A DNA stretch of 64,000 nucleotides from a virus. Below are positions 41,108-51,436 of this stretch, in pieces (the stretch's first letter is position 1; the number at the start of each line of letters is the position of its first letter). The stretch covers positions 64,001 to 128,000 of IMG/VR virus record IMGVR_UViG_3300034103_001746; one strand, written 5' to 3'. The translations under genes and the position numbers were made by a program. The notes under the pieces are model-generated. The model worked only from the letters and a program-made list of their open reading frames with translations. It was not told where the DNA came from and searched no databases.

Positions 41108-42264
41108 ATAATTTTTCCCATATATTCCACGATCTCCTTTTTAATTTCGTCCGGTGTCATTTCTGCTATGTCTGGCTTAGATATTTGTGGTATAAATATC
41201 CTATAAGTGTTTTGACACTTATTTTTAATTTGTTCCGCAGCTTTTTTGCCCGCTTCGTCATTATCTGTTAATATTACTATATTCATTGCTCCAGAAGAAT
41301 CAAGTATTATTTTCTGTCTATCGCTCAACGAAGAACCAAACATGGCTACGCTATTATGTATATGATTTTCTTCTAACTTCCATACATTTCCTGGGCTTTC
41401 TACAATAATAACTATACCAGAATCTAGTATCTGTTTTTTTGCAAACCAGAAGTTATATAAATAATTTTGGCTTTTAAATTCATGGTTGTGCTTCCACTTT
41501 GAATATTTCCATTTTTCTTCATCAGTAGGACAATTGTCTATCGGATTATGATGAGATTTACACTTGTCACATTTTTCAAAAATACTTCTTCCTGAACACC
41601 CAACAAGATATTTGTGGTCGTGATCATATATAGGAGCTACGGCTCTATTAAACATTTCTTTTCCTTGTTTATCACATACGCCCACATCATACTTGTCTAA
41701 GATTTCTGGAGAAAAGCCCCTATCAATAAAATATTGTGCTGGTATGGTCAAAGACTTTCTTACAGAGTCTCTAGAGACTAAGGCAGATGCTAAAGGGGTT
41801 GGCTCCGATTTCATATGGCCCACCAGACTAGTGAAAAGTCTTTTGTCTCTATCTGCTTTAGATATTTTAATTTGTTTTAAGTCTTTTTTGAGAAAAGTTA
41901 AACAATAATCTAATGCCTCATCAAAAGTGCAAGTAGAATCTCCCTGTTTTTGCCAGCCGTGTTTTTTATTGGACAAAACCCCTCTTACAAATCCAATGAT
42001 AGAACCCTTAAAACACTCTTCACAACCGTGTGTTCTACATTTCCAGTTACCCCTATAGTTATCTCCCTCATAATATATATTAAGAGCTGAACTATTATCC
42101 CCGTCATGAATAGGACAGGCCATAGATAACATCTTGGGTCTAAGATTATATTCTAATCCTAGATTATCCATTAATGATTCTATATTATCGCAAAGATCGT
42201 CGCAAACTACTTTAAGCTTGGCTTGATCAATTGAACGGGATTTCTTCTGCATGGCTGTTTTCAT
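41104..42264 (-). CDS. dnaG: DNA primase (Zn finger plus TOPRIM)
   Basis: CPIH...WKCRTHGC; IVESPGN and LTDNDEAG TOPRIM motifs; adjacent to the helicase. Confidence 0.82.
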   Translation of the reverse strand: MKTAMQKKSRSIDQAKLKVVCDDLCDNIESLMDNLGLEYNLRPKMLSMACPIHDGDNSSALNIYYEGDNYRGNWKCRTHGCEECFKGSIIGFVRGVLSNKKHGWQKQGDSTCTFDEALDYCLTFLKKDLKQIKISKADRDKRLFTSLVGHMKSEPTPLASALVSRDSVRKSLTIPAQYFIDRGFSPEILDKYDVGVCDKQGKEMFNRAVAPIYDHDHKYLVGCSGRSIFEKCDKCKSHHNPIDNCPTDEEKWKYSKWKHNHEFKSQNYLYNFWFAKKQILDSGIVIIVESPGNVWKLEENHIHNSVAMFGSSLSDRQKIILDSSGAMNIVILTDNDEAGKKAAEQIKNKCQNTYRIFIPQISKPDIAEMTPDEIKKEIVEYMGKII

Positions 42265-43687
42265 CGTCTACTATAAATCCTTGATCTGATGTTGATTTGT
42301 TATTTACTATTTCAAGTCTAGTCTTACCTTCTGTAATTTTAGCGCACCAGCCCTTCATATGACAATTAATATAGTCATTGTCATCTAGACCTCCTCCGTG
42401 TCTACTAATAAGAGGTAAAAGCTTACGATTTCCGTTGGTCGGCCCGTCCTCCGCTATTTCCTCGTCACTCTTTCTTTTAAAGATCGTAAAATTACTACAT
42501 AGCCATATTATACGATCAGATCCACTCGCTGAGTCTGTGCTTTCTTTTGTTATGCCGTCTCTATTTAATTGTATAAATGCCACAATAGGAACTTTATATC
42601 TTACAGCAAAATTATGTAGACTTGTCATCATAAAACCTAGTACTTGGTATTCTTTCATATCTTGACTAATACCCGCACTATCCATAAGTTTAAGATAATC
42701 ATAAAAAATTACGCATTCTTTTGCTGTTCCGTCATCATTCAAACCAACCTCTTTTACTAGCCATCGCCTCATAATTGCCAACTGGTCTTCGAATGGTTTA
42801 CCAGCAATACTTTTATGATATAGTTTCATCTGTTTTAGTTCTGAAACCGCTTGTGATATTTTTGTTTTAGAATCTGCTGTTTCGGCGAACTTTCCGGTTT
42901 CAATATGATTAATTTCTATCTCTGTCATCATCGCTAAAATTCTATGGATATGATCCTCTTTATTCATTTCTGTATCCATATTCAATACCGGTATACCAAG
43001 CTTTGCAATATTTTTACCCATATTGTCAGATAGCAATGTTTTACCGGTTTTTGGTCTGGCTCCTATTACATTAATAGTTCCTTTTCTTAAACCGCCTCCG
43101 ATAGCTTGGTCATAAATAGGAAACCCGGTTGGTATACCTACTTGATCTATTTTATTTTCTTCAAGAGCTTTAATATAGTCATCAATATTAGAGCCAATAA
43201 CTTCCGGGCTTCCATCAGCATCATTTAACAAAGAAGTAAAATTAAAAATGCTATCTTCTGCTAAACCTATAATAGAAGATATCGGTTCACTACCCGTTAC
43301 ATCTAGAATTTTTTCTTGAGCTAGTTCTAGTTGTTGTCTTAATAAACGAGCTATTTCTAGTTTGCGTATTTTTGCTGCAAATCTACGAACGTTTTCCAAA
43401 CTAACTGGAAAATCCATTATAGCCCTTAGATGCTGTGCCTCTTCTTTTTTAGCAAGAACATGACTCAGATTTAATTCTTGTGCAATAGAGTATATTGAGG
43501 CTATGTCTATTTTAGCCTTTGTTTCTGATTCACACAACTTTTTAACGCATTTAAAAATTAAAGCGTTACTATCAATAGTAAAAGATGATTCTTGGACGAT
43601 ATCAGCAACATCCAAAAAAGCATCTTCGCCATAATTACAAATACCCGCCAATACGGCTCTTTCTGCCGAAGGATCACTCAAAATCAT
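42227..43687 (-). CDS. dnaB: Replicative helicase
   Basis: AERAVL, GIPTGF, GARPKTGKT, DYLKLM, QLNR. Confidence 0.92.
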   Translation of the reverse strand: MILSDPSAERAVLAGICNYGEDAFLDVADIVQESSFTIDSNALIFKCVKKLCESETKAKIDIASIYSIAQELNLSHVLAKKEEAQHLRAIMDFPVSLENVRRFAAKIRKLEIARLLRQQLELAQEKILDVTGSEPISSIIGLAEDSIFNFTSLLNDADGSPEVIGSNIDDYIKALEENKIDQVGIPTGFPIYDQAIGGGLRKGTINVIGARPKTGKTLLSDNMGKNIAKLGIPVLNMDTEMNKEDHIHRILAMMTEIEINHIETGKFAETADSKTKISQAVSELKQMKLYHKSIAGKPFEDQLAIMRRWLVKEVGLNDDGTAKECVIFYDYLKLMDSAGISQDMKEYQVLGFMMTSLHNFAVRYKVPIVAFIQLNRDGITKESTDSASGSDRIIWLCSNFTIFKRKSDEEIAEDGPTNGNRKLLPLISRHGGGLDDNDYINCHMKGWCAKITEGKTRLEIVNNKSTSDQGFIVDDENSHAEEIPFN

Positions 43688-43697
43688 AAATTTAATT

Positions 43698-44093
43698 TCA
43701 TCCTGACGCCGCTGAACACTTGTTACACTTATATCTATCGACGGATTCTGGTACTAGTCCAGGACTTACTTTTTCCCTTTTTCCGCATACACGACACACT
43801 ACGTTTAGGAGCTTAAATGGTCTTGCTCTAGGAACCGGCGGTTGAACAACTAATTTTTTATCTACAAGAACATCCTCTTTGTGCATATTTTTTTCTGGCA
43901 TGTCTGTAAATTTATTATAGTGTTCTTCTCTGCTGCCTCTGCTTTTGGATTTTCCTTGACTATTAGAAGAGTTTTTTCTTTTAGTTTTCTTAACAGAAAA
44001 TTGTTTCGTTGTATCGTCATTACTACTATTGGGTAACATATTTTGTAACATAGTTATCATAGCTTGAATCTGTTCTGGTGATAAATTATCCAT
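43698..44093 (-). CDS. Hypothetical protein with C-terminal Zn ribbon
   Basis: CRVC...CNKC. Confidence 0.65.
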   Translation of the reverse strand: MDNLSPEQIQAMITMLQNMLPNSSNDDTTKQFSVKKTKRKNSSNSQGKSKSRGSREEHYNKFTDMPEKNMHKEDVLVDKKLVVQPPVPRARPFKLLNVVCRVCGKREKVSPGLVPESVDRYKCNKCSAASG

Positions 44094-44577
44094 GTTTTAA
44101 AGCCTTTATTTTTTGTATAGAAATGAGAATATCAGATAAATTTTTAATACCATTTGCTAAATATGACAACCTATCGCTTCTTTGTTTAGCATATTTTTTA
44201 ATTTTGTTTAATGATTGAGCCCTATCGTTGTGCTTAATCGCCTGATAGGCTTTTTCTACATAGCCATAACCCTTATAATTATTTATTTCGTCTGCGATAA
44301 CTTCTTTAATAGTCTCTTCTGCCCAATTATATCTAGCCAATTCTCTATTAATGGTTCGTTGCACATGAAAAGAAAATTGTCCTAATCTATATGATATTTG
44401 AGCACAATCCTCTGGTGTTAATTTTTCTAGTTCATCTCGACTCATCGTTAAATAACCATTTAATTCAGTTTCTGATAAAACAGTAGAATTATATGTAGAC
44501 AATCCTAGACTATTTTCATATTGGTCTAAAACTGTATCCCATTCATTTAATTCTTCTTTAGCATTTTTGGTTGTCAT
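44086..44577 (-). CDS. Helical hypothetical protein
   Basis: 163 aa, overlapping neighbours in the RecA-DnaB operon. Confidence 0.65.
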   Translation of the reverse strand: MTTKNAKEELNEWDTVLDQYENSLGLSTYNSTVLSETELNGYLTMSRDELEKLTPEDCAQISYRLGQFSFHVQRTINRELARYNWAEETIKEVIADEINNYKGYGYVEKAYQAIKHNDRAQSLNKIKKYAKQRSDRLSYLANGIKNLSDILISIQKIKALKHG

Positions 44578-44977
44578 ATATTATTCTATTTTTCCATTGG
44601 TCAATATCTTCATGAAATGGTAACTCAATATATTTAATATTATTAATATCGCACCATTCTTGTTTTTCTCTATCTCTTTTTTGTGCTTTTAAAAAGTTTA
44701 ACATATTCGAGTGATAGAAAGCTATAAACTTATAATGTTGTTCTCCATGAACCTCAAAACAAATCTTTTTTAATGGTAAGTAAAAGTCTAAATAAAGAAT
44801 TTCATTTTTTCTAAGTTGTATCGGTACTTCTTCTAAGATTTGTAGTGTTGGATATGATTGACTAATTAAGTTTCTAGCATTTAGATGATATGATGATTTA
44901 TTGGTTATTTTACCTTTAGACATGTTTCCAGTTAGTAGCCAATTATGATTATTTCCATCTAAATCTTTTATCAGCAT
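44558..44977 (-). CDS. Vsr/DUF559-like endonuclease
   Basis: YLDFYLP...FEVHGEQHY...RDREKQEWC. Confidence 0.72.
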   Translation of the reverse strand: MLIKDLDGNNHNWLLTGNMSKGKITNKSSYHLNARNLISQSYPTLQILEEVPIQLRKNEILYLDFYLPLKKICFEVHGEQHYKFIAFYHSNMLNFLKAQKRDREKQEWCDINNIKYIELPFHEDIDQWKNRIIYDNQKC

Positions 44978-45984
44978 TTTAGGCCCATTGTAACCTTAAT
45001 ATTTTTTACTAAATCTATATAAGCAGCCTCATTATCATATAGATATTGACGTAATTTTTCTGTACCTTGAAACTTTGGTTTGTCTGGCAAAGAAGTCAAA
45101 GTATACCAGGCCCCACCTTTGTGAATAATACCCATATCAGATCCTAGTGTTATGGCTTCCATATATTTATCAACACCTTGTCCATATCTGATATAACTAG
45201 TAATATTGCCGCCTGGAGGACCAAGAGCGGAACAAATAACTTGCCACTCAATTTCTTGTCCTATTTGTGTACTGTCCGCACTCAGAGTCCAAGGCTTGAA
45301 TGTTTTTGCTCGTAACTTAATATCGGTTTGATAAGCAATAGCCTGACCACTCTTCTCTTTAAATTCTGCACCATATCCTGTTGGATTTCCCATAAGATGA
45401 GTAATACCTATAACAATATTTTTATTAACAGGAATAACATTGGCAACTTTACGACAAAACTTAGCTAATAATTTAGCTCCGTCTGCTCTTTGCATTTTAT
45501 CCATTTCACTAGTAATTTCAGCTTCGGTACATAGTGCAGAATAGGAGTCTATGATTAGAACACATCCTGGTACTTCATTAATAATTTTTTCTGCTATTTG
45601 TAAGTATTCTTCAGCGTGTAGAATTTTTCCTTGCTGACTACCAATTACATGAAACTTATCTAGATTTAGTCCAGGTATACCTTCTAAGTCTCTTTTCTTT
45701 AGTCTACCTTCTATGTTTAGATAATACACCTCTCTGGTGTCTTTCAGATCTCCTTTATATTCTGCTCTTTGTGCTGTTGCTGCGAAGTCTAATGATGTTG
45801 TGGTTTTACCACACTTTGGCTGACCAGTTAATACTACAAAACTTCCTTCTGGTATTCCACCATTTAATACTATGTCTAACGACGGACTAACTGGAATAAT
45901 AACGCTTTTTTTATCTACAATAGCATTGCCATTAAGAATAATATCGTCGCCGAAATTTTTTGTTACATCTTCTTTAAGACTCAT
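44971..45984 (-). CDS. recA: RecA/UvsX-family recombinase
   Basis: SLDIVLNGGIPEG, GQPKCGKTT (Walker A), IIDSYSAL, GAWY. Confidence 0.88.
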   Translation of the reverse strand: MSLKEDVTKNFGDDIILNGNAIVDKKSVIIPVSPSLDIVLNGGIPEGSFVVLTGQPKCGKTTTSLDFAATAQRAEYKGDLKDTREVYYLNIEGRLKKRDLEGIPGLNLDKFHVIGSQQGKILHAEEYLQIAEKIINEVPGCVLIIDSYSALCTEAEITSEMDKMQRADGAKLLAKFCRKVANVIPVNKNIVIGITHLMGNPTGYGAEFKEKSGQAIAYQTDIKLRAKTFKPWTLSADSTQIGQEIEWQVICSALGPPGGNITSYIRYGQGVDKYMEAITLGSDMGIIHKGGAWYTLTSLPDKPKFQGTEKLRQYLYDNEAAYIDLVKNIKVTMGLKC

Positions 45985-46396
45985 TGTCTAAATCCTTAAG
46001 TTTTGAGATTATGTTTTGTGAGTGTGCGGTTTTTTGAAAAACAACATCTTCTTTTCGTTCTATCGGCTTAGTTATCGATGTGTTTTCTGTAGCCAAGATC
46101 GCAGCTTGTTGTTCTATCATAGCCGGAAGATGTGGCGCTCGCAATGAATATATTTTTTTCCCTTTGTCACTTTGCAAAGCTCTTATAATAGCTTTTGCCG
46201 GATATCTTTGTAAAAGCTTATGGGCGGATCCTATTTGGTTTCTATAAAAAGCAGCCCATTTCTTTTGTATCCAAAATCTGTAATGAAGATCAGATTTTTC
46301 TGTTACGGCTTTTCTTTCGCATATTATCTCCGTAATGTATTGTGCCGGAGACACCTCTTTGCCGTTGGAATACTTAGACAGATATTTATCGTTCAT
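45974..46396 (-). CDS. Hypothetical protein
   Basis: 140 aa, fits the operon. Confidence 0.65.
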   Translation of the reverse strand: MNDKYLSKYSNGKEVSPAQYITEIICERKAVTEKSDLHYRFWIQKKWAAFYRNQIGSAHKLLQRYPAKAIIRALQSDKGKKIYSLRAPHLPAMIEQQAAILATENTSITKPIERKEDVVFQKTAHSQNIISKLKDLDNES

Positions 46397-46401
46397 TTTC
46401 T

Positions 46402-46806
46402 TTATTGAACAGGCTTTACCAATTCTTGACAGGTAGCAGTCAACTTTTGTTCAAATGTACTAAAAAACTTTTCTGTATATACCATATAATCCTTTCCCGT
46501 GAGTACGGGAATATGATAATTTTTTCTAAAAACATCTTTAACATCCTGCAAATAACCCTTATCATCGATACTACTTATTTCGGCCACAACCGTTATTTTA
46601 ATCTCGTGAGGAGCTTCTGTTATGTGCGTGGGAGATATTGTTTCCGGATGTTTTTGAGACAAATCTAAAGGGGTATCATTATCTAAATGATCATATTTAT
46701 GATTTTGTATACTTTTAATTTTTTCAGAAATTTTTTTTTCCAAATCAATCAATATTTGTTTTTCTTCTGGAGTTAAAATCTCTTCTAAAAAATTATTAGT
46801 TTCCAT
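46402..46806 (-). CDS. Hypothetical protein
   Basis: 134 aa, fits the operon. Confidence 0.6.
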   Translation of the reverse strand: METNNFLEEILTPEEKQILIDLEKKISEKIKSIQNHKYDHLDNDTPLDLSQKHPETISPTHITEAPHEIKITVVAEISSIDDKGYLQDVKDVFRKNYHIPVLTGKDYMVYTEKFFSTFEQKLTATCQELVKPVQ

Positions 46807-47137
46807 TGGGTCTATATATTCCAGTATTATTTCTTACCGGTGGAGCAGTCTTCTTTTTTAATTCATCATTTAACATAGAAGATTCTTTGGTCATAATAGA
46901 GACGTTGTTTCTTTTGTTTGCCGTTTCCCTTATCATTAAATTTTTAGATGGAGATGTGGCAACCGGTGATGATACTGTTTTGATTGGATTGCTATCGTTC
47001 GTCTTTTGTGATTTTTCTATTAAGTTCTGTATCTGTTTTTCTGTTAAGTCTAATTCATTGGATATTTTTGTTATGCTCCAACCCTGTGAATTTAACCAAA
47101 GAGCCGCATAACTTTGTGTTTTATTAACCCTAGACAT
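46796..47137 (-). CDS. HTH-containing protein
   Basis: QGWSITKISNELDLTEKQIQNLI helix-turn-helix pattern. Confidence 0.6.
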   Translation of the reverse strand: MSRVNKTQSYAALWLNSQGWSITKISNELDLTEKQIQNLIEKSQKTNDSNPIKTVSSPVATSPSKNLMIRETANKRNNVSIMTKESSMLNDELKKKTAPPVRNNTGIYRPNGN

Positions 47138-47538
47138 TATTCCATCTCCCTTTCTGCGTTATTTAACCAGCCTATGTTTTTAGTATTTAAAAATTTTAGA
47201 TACCAATCAAATGTTTTTTGATTAACTTCTCTAAACTTTTTATTGGACCTACACACACGATTTAGAAAAGAATTGTCTTGTTCTACCCCATAAATAGATA
47301 AAGGATTAAATAGCTTTCCATTGCTAGCTAATCTAATCATGAATTTGGTAGTTCCATCTTTTCTAGAAATTTGTTTGGCAAAGACCTTCTCATTATTTTC
47401 ATTAGTGAGTTTAGCTAAACCTACAGAATCTATAAAATCCTCAAAACCCACAAGAGTAAAAAATTGCTCTTCTACATTCGAGTCTTCTGGTTTAATGTTT
47501 GTAAACACACTAGTTGGATTATATATAAAATCACTCAT
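47137..47538 (-). CDS. Hypothetical protein
   Basis: 133 aa; TAATG coupling to the next gene. Confidence 0.65.
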   Translation of the reverse strand: MSDFIYNPTSVFTNIKPEDSNVEEQFFTLVGFEDFIDSVGLAKLTNENNEKVFAKQISRKDGTTKFMIRLASNGKLFNPLSIYGVEQDNSFLNRVCRSNKKFREVNQKTFDWYLKFLNTKNIGWLNNAEREME

Positions 47539-47544
47539 ATTTGT

Positions 47545-47889
47545 TTATGTCCATTTGGGTTTAGTTTTTGGTTTTTTAATTCTAGACATTCCGGTTGGAA
47601 GTTGTTTGATTGATTCTTGCTCTTTATAATCATTGTGTTTCTTTTGTAGGGCAAGTTTTTCATCATTAGACAATCTGTCTCTATTTCTATTTGCTAAATC
47701 TCCCACTGTTTTTAGTTCACTGTCTGATTTTCTTACAGATCCAATAATAGTACTAAAATCTTCTAAATAATTTCTTTCAGTATGATTACTCCCGCAATCG
47801 CACACAGGATTATTCACATAGTCTTTTATGTGAAAAAACAATTCAAAAAAATTGTTGCACTTTAAGCAATGATAAGAATATGTTGGCAT
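47545..47889 (-). CDS. FmdB-family Zn-ribbon protein
   Basis: MPTYSYHCLKC...F...CDCGS. Confidence 0.75.
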   Translation of the reverse strand: MPTYSYHCLKCNNFFELFFHIKDYVNNPVCDCGSNHTERNYLEDFSTIIGSVRKSDSELKTVGDLANRNRDRLSNDEKLALQKKHNDYKEQESIKQLPTGMSRIKKPKTKPKWT

Positions 47890-48471
47890 TTATATATATG
47901 AACTAGGAAGATATGTCATCCACTCTTCAGGGATGTCTGTCCTTATCTTAAGGAGATATGAGGACAAAGGCAAGTATTTAACACTTTTTACAGGTTCTCT
48001 TGGCAAATTTTTAAGAGGCATATTGGCCTGTTTTGGTGTTCTATTACCTTTCTTTCTATTACAATGGACACATGCTGTAACAATATTAAACCATGTTGTT
48101 GGAGATGTATCTAAATTTTTCCATAATGATTTTGGGATAACATGATCATATGTTAAATTATTGATATCTTGTTTAATCCCACAATATTGACATGTATAAT
48201 TGTCTCTAATAAATATATTTCTTCTAGAAAAATTTACTCTTTGATTATGCACTCTAAAATATTTGGATGTTCTTGCCACCGCTGGTATGGGAAACTTTTT
48301 TCCATTCACGCCAGCAATATAATCATTTTTATAGAAATCAATAATTTCTATACCGACATTATTATCCTCTTCATGTTTAATAGACCATATTAAAGCTCTT
48401 TTCCATCCAATAACAGTTAATGGAGAGAAATCTGCATTTAAAACTAAACATCTACTGTTTTGTGTTCTCAT
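47890..48471 (-). CDS. HNH endonuclease (McrA-like)
   Basis: RDNYTCQYCG, DHVIPKS, NIVTACVHCNRKKG; likely start MRTQNS at 48471. Confidence 0.88.
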   Translation of the reverse strand: MRTQNSRCLVLNADFSPLTVIGWKRALIWSIKHEEDNNVGIEIIDFYKNDYIAGVNGKKFPIPAVARTSKYFRVHNQRVNFSRRNIFIRDNYTCQYCGIKQDINNLTYDHVIPKSLWKNLDTSPTTWFNIVTACVHCNRKKGNRTPKQANMPLKNLPREPVKSVKYLPLSSYLLKIRTDIPEEWMTYLPSSYI

Positions 48472-49186
48472 TTTGTTCAAAGTTATCCAATCTAGATAAA
48501 ATTTTTCCAATAATGGGATTTCTCACAATATCAGAAAAATCTAGCCTTGATATACCTATTCCTTCTAAATTTTCTAATACGTTGGTCATGGTATAAAAAC
48601 CACCCCGCATATGCCTAATTAAGTCTGATTGACTAACATCGCCAGTTAATACCATCTTACTATCTGTTCCTAATCTTGTTAGCAACATTTTAATTTGATC
48701 ATAAGAAGCATTTTGACATTCATCAGCCACAATAAAAGCATTATGAAAATTACGTCCACGCATAAGTCCTAAAGGAACTATTTCTATTCTATTATTCAGT
48801 TTAAGAGTAGCAAACTGTGCGGATGAAATAAAATAATTTACTTCATCTAATAATGGAAGCAGATATGGGTGTAATTTTTCCTCTGCTGTACCTGGAAGAT
48901 AACCAATCTTTTCTCCAGATTCAACAACAGGTCTAGTGATAATAATTTTTTTAACTTTTTCGTCAAGCAGATATTCTAATGCCATACCTATTGCGATATG
49001 GGTTTTACCGCTACCTGCGACCCCATGACAAAATGTTATAGAATTTTCTGCTATAGTTCGAATATATTCTTTCTGATTTTCACTCCTTGGCTTTAATCGA
49101 TTTCGATATGTCTGTGTTACTGGTCCAATCTCATTGGCTAGGTCTATAACTTTAGACCTTTTCTTAGAATTTTTATTTTTTCTCAA
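48452..49186 (-). CDS. phoH: PhoH-family ATPase (TTG start)
   Basis: GVAGSGKT, GYLPG, MRGRNF, DECQN, GDVSQSD. Confidence 0.93.
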   Translation of the reverse strand: MRKNKNSKKRSKVIDLANEIGPVTQTYRNRLKPRSENQKEYIRTIAENSITFCHGVAGSGKTHIAIGMALEYLLDEKVKKIIITRPVVESGEKIGYLPGTAEEKLHPYLLPLLDEVNYFISSAQFATLKLNNRIEIVPLGLMRGRNFHNAFIVADECQNASYDQIKMLLTRLGTDSKMVLTGDVSQSDLIRHMRGGFYTMTNVLENLEGIGISRLDFSDIVRNPIIGKILSRLDNFEQNENTKQ

Positions 49187-49208
49187 GTTTTGCCCTTTTA
49201 TGAATAAG

Positions 49209-51401
49209 TTAAATTAGACACGCGCCACCAGCGCAACTAATTTCCTCTATTCCAACCGTGTTATCTTCCGTCTCAGATAGTTGCGTATAATCGACCTTAG
49301 AAAAACTATTAAATAAATCACAATAGATTTTCCAATTATAAACATCTTTCATACAGTATGTTAATCTACGAATATCTCCATTAAAATATTTGCCAGCAAA
49401 GTTTTTCATTTTTGTAACAAATATTAGCTTAGATTCGTGATGGTCCTTATGAGCTTGATTCAATGTTACATAATCACACGCTGCCCAAAGATTATTATCA
49501 AATGCATTTAATCCTAATTCTATTAAACCTGAACACCATAATGCGGCATCTCCGTATTCCTTAACGATCTCTCTACTGGTATAAACAGTAGTGAATGGGG
49601 CTTGTGGATAATCCTTGTCTCCACTTTGAGGAATTAAACTAATACCAGCAAAATATTTTCTATTATCATAGATATATTTAGTAACATCGTCCCATTCATC
49701 TGGTTTAACAGTAACGGTGTTACTTACATTATGACTTAGATAATCTTGAGTACATAATGATCTATTTTTCCCAGAATGGACCCAATTTTTTTGGGTTTCT
49801 TTTACTATGGATAACATTTCCACGGCTGGAAGTTGATTCTTAAGTTTTGCACCGTCTGGAACTTCTATTGGAAACTTAATAACCTCGTCAGTATTATTGG
49901 CCGACCACGATGACTTCTCACACGCTTGCGGGTTTGATTTCTTAAAGTGTTGGTATGGTGCTTCTAAAACGTTGGCCTGTACATGGCGTATATATCGTTT
50001 AGCGTGATGTGGATGGATACCAGAACTTGTTCCAAGCATACTGCTACTAGTACCTTCTGGTTTTAAACACGTTACTCTAGCGGCTTGATTAATTTGAATT
50101 TTTTCGGCTAACTTTTTGTTAGTTTCAACAGCAATTTTAGCCCCTTTAGTAAGAACTTTTTCGGTTAAAACCAAGTCATGCTTTTCCATTGTCCCGGTTA
50201 ATGAAACACCAAGTAGCGCTTCTCTTTCGAATATCTTTTCACTAATAGAGCCAAGATATTCTAGTTTTGTAAAACCAGCTTGTAAAGTTCCAATAATAGC
50301 AGCAGCCTTGCATCGTTCATAAAAATCTTCTTCATCAGTAACACTAGAGCAATTAATTGTTGATAAATTACAACCCTGCCATCCACTCTTTCCGCTTTCT
50401 TCATCAACTGGCCACATACCAATTTCTACACATGGATTAAAAATCATTTCTGTTGATTCGCTCCATATGAATCCCGGTTCTCCGAATTCTTTCACAGATT
50501 GCATTAAAGTACTAAATTCCTCAAATGTAGTTTCATTTTTTAATAGGAGTGCTGAATTGTTACTTCTGGCTCTCTGTGGATTATCAATATACCAATTACC
50601 TGTTTTTGCTTTTGCCATTTCTTCATCATCTGGACTAAATAGTGCTAATGATGCGCTTCTGCGAACACCGCCAGATAGAACAGCATCACTGCTATGCATC
50701 ACAATGTCATAGGCGTCAATAGGACGTAGTTTTTTTTGTCCATTAGCAATGCAACGATCAAGCAAAGCTCTAATTTTTTCTAAACCCTTTTGCAACGGCT
50801 CAAAGCCTGGAGCTTTACCAACACCAGAACTTAAAGAAGAACCCTTTTGACGAATATTAGAATAATCAAATATTACGTGAGAATTTTTATAAGTCTTAAA
50901 TTCTTCTATAGGTTTACTGAAATACGAACTTAATAGAACCCCCAATGCATCAGCCCAACCCTCTATACTATCTTCAACAACATATTTAGTACCGATACCT
51001 GGTTCTACATTATGTTCAAAAGTTGGCAATTTAGATACGTGTTGCTTTTGTACACTAAAACCTGTTCCGCTACCACACAACAATAACCAAAAACACTCTT
51101 GAAAAAATCGTAATCTATCACAATAAGAGCTAGTGCAATTGTAGATTTTTGCGTGTCTTTTAAGGATGGGTTCGCCACCAAACTGTAAGGCTCTTTGACT
51201 GCCAAGAACCTTCTTTTTATACATCATGTCATAAGCCCAGTCTATATCTTGGCCTATATCGAAGTCAGCATATTTTGTATGCATCATCTGCTTCACTCTT
51301 TCAACAGCTTCTTTCCAAGTTTCTCTACGATTTTTGTCCTCCATCCACCGAGCGTATTTGCTGACGAAAGTATAATTTTGAAGCTCTTGTAATGCTGACA
51401 T
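49209..51401 (-). CDS. nrdJ: Class II (B12-dependent) ribonucleotide reductase
   Basis: YNCT, GGVRRSA, NPCVEI, GCNL, KPEGT, C-terminal CAGGAC; no beta subunit nearby. Confidence 0.87.
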   Translation of the reverse strand: MSALQELQNYTFVSKYARWMEDKNRRETWKEAVERVKQMMHTKYADFDIGQDIDWAYDMMYKKKVLGSQRALQFGGEPILKRHAKIYNCTSSYCDRLRFFQECFWLLLCGSGTGFSVQKQHVSKLPTFEHNVEPGIGTKYVVEDSIEGWADALGVLLSSYFSKPIEEFKTYKNSHVIFDYSNIRQKGSSLSSGVGKAPGFEPLQKGLEKIRALLDRCIANGQKKLRPIDAYDIVMHSSDAVLSGGVRRSASLALFSPDDEEMAKAKTGNWYIDNPQRARSNNSALLLKNETTFEEFSTLMQSVKEFGEPGFIWSESTEMIFNPCVEIGMWPVDEESGKSGWQGCNLSTINCSSVTDEEDFYERCKAAAIIGTLQAGFTKLEYLGSISEKIFEREALLGVSLTGTMEKHDLVLTEKVLTKGAKIAVETNKKLAEKIQINQAARVTCLKPEGTSSSMLGTSSGIHPHHAKRYIRHVQANVLEAPYQHFKKSNPQACEKSSWSANNTDEVIKFPIEVPDGAKLKNQLPAVEMLSIVKETQKNWVHSGKNRSLCTQDYLSHNVSNTVTVKPDEWDDVTKYIYDNRKYFAGISLIPQSGDKDYPQAPFTTVYTSREIVKEYGDAALWCSGLIELGLNAFDNNLWAACDYVTLNQAHKDHHESKLIFVTKMKNFAGKYFNGDIRRLTYCMKDVYNWKIYCDLFNSFSKVDYTQLSETEDNTVGIEEISCAGGACLI

Positions 51402-51436
51402 AATAATTTTAATCTCCTAGATGTTCTAAATATACA

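Noticed and set aside
44086-44577. UvsY-like recombination mediator
   Set aside because: Only position near recA and helical character support it; no recognisable motif
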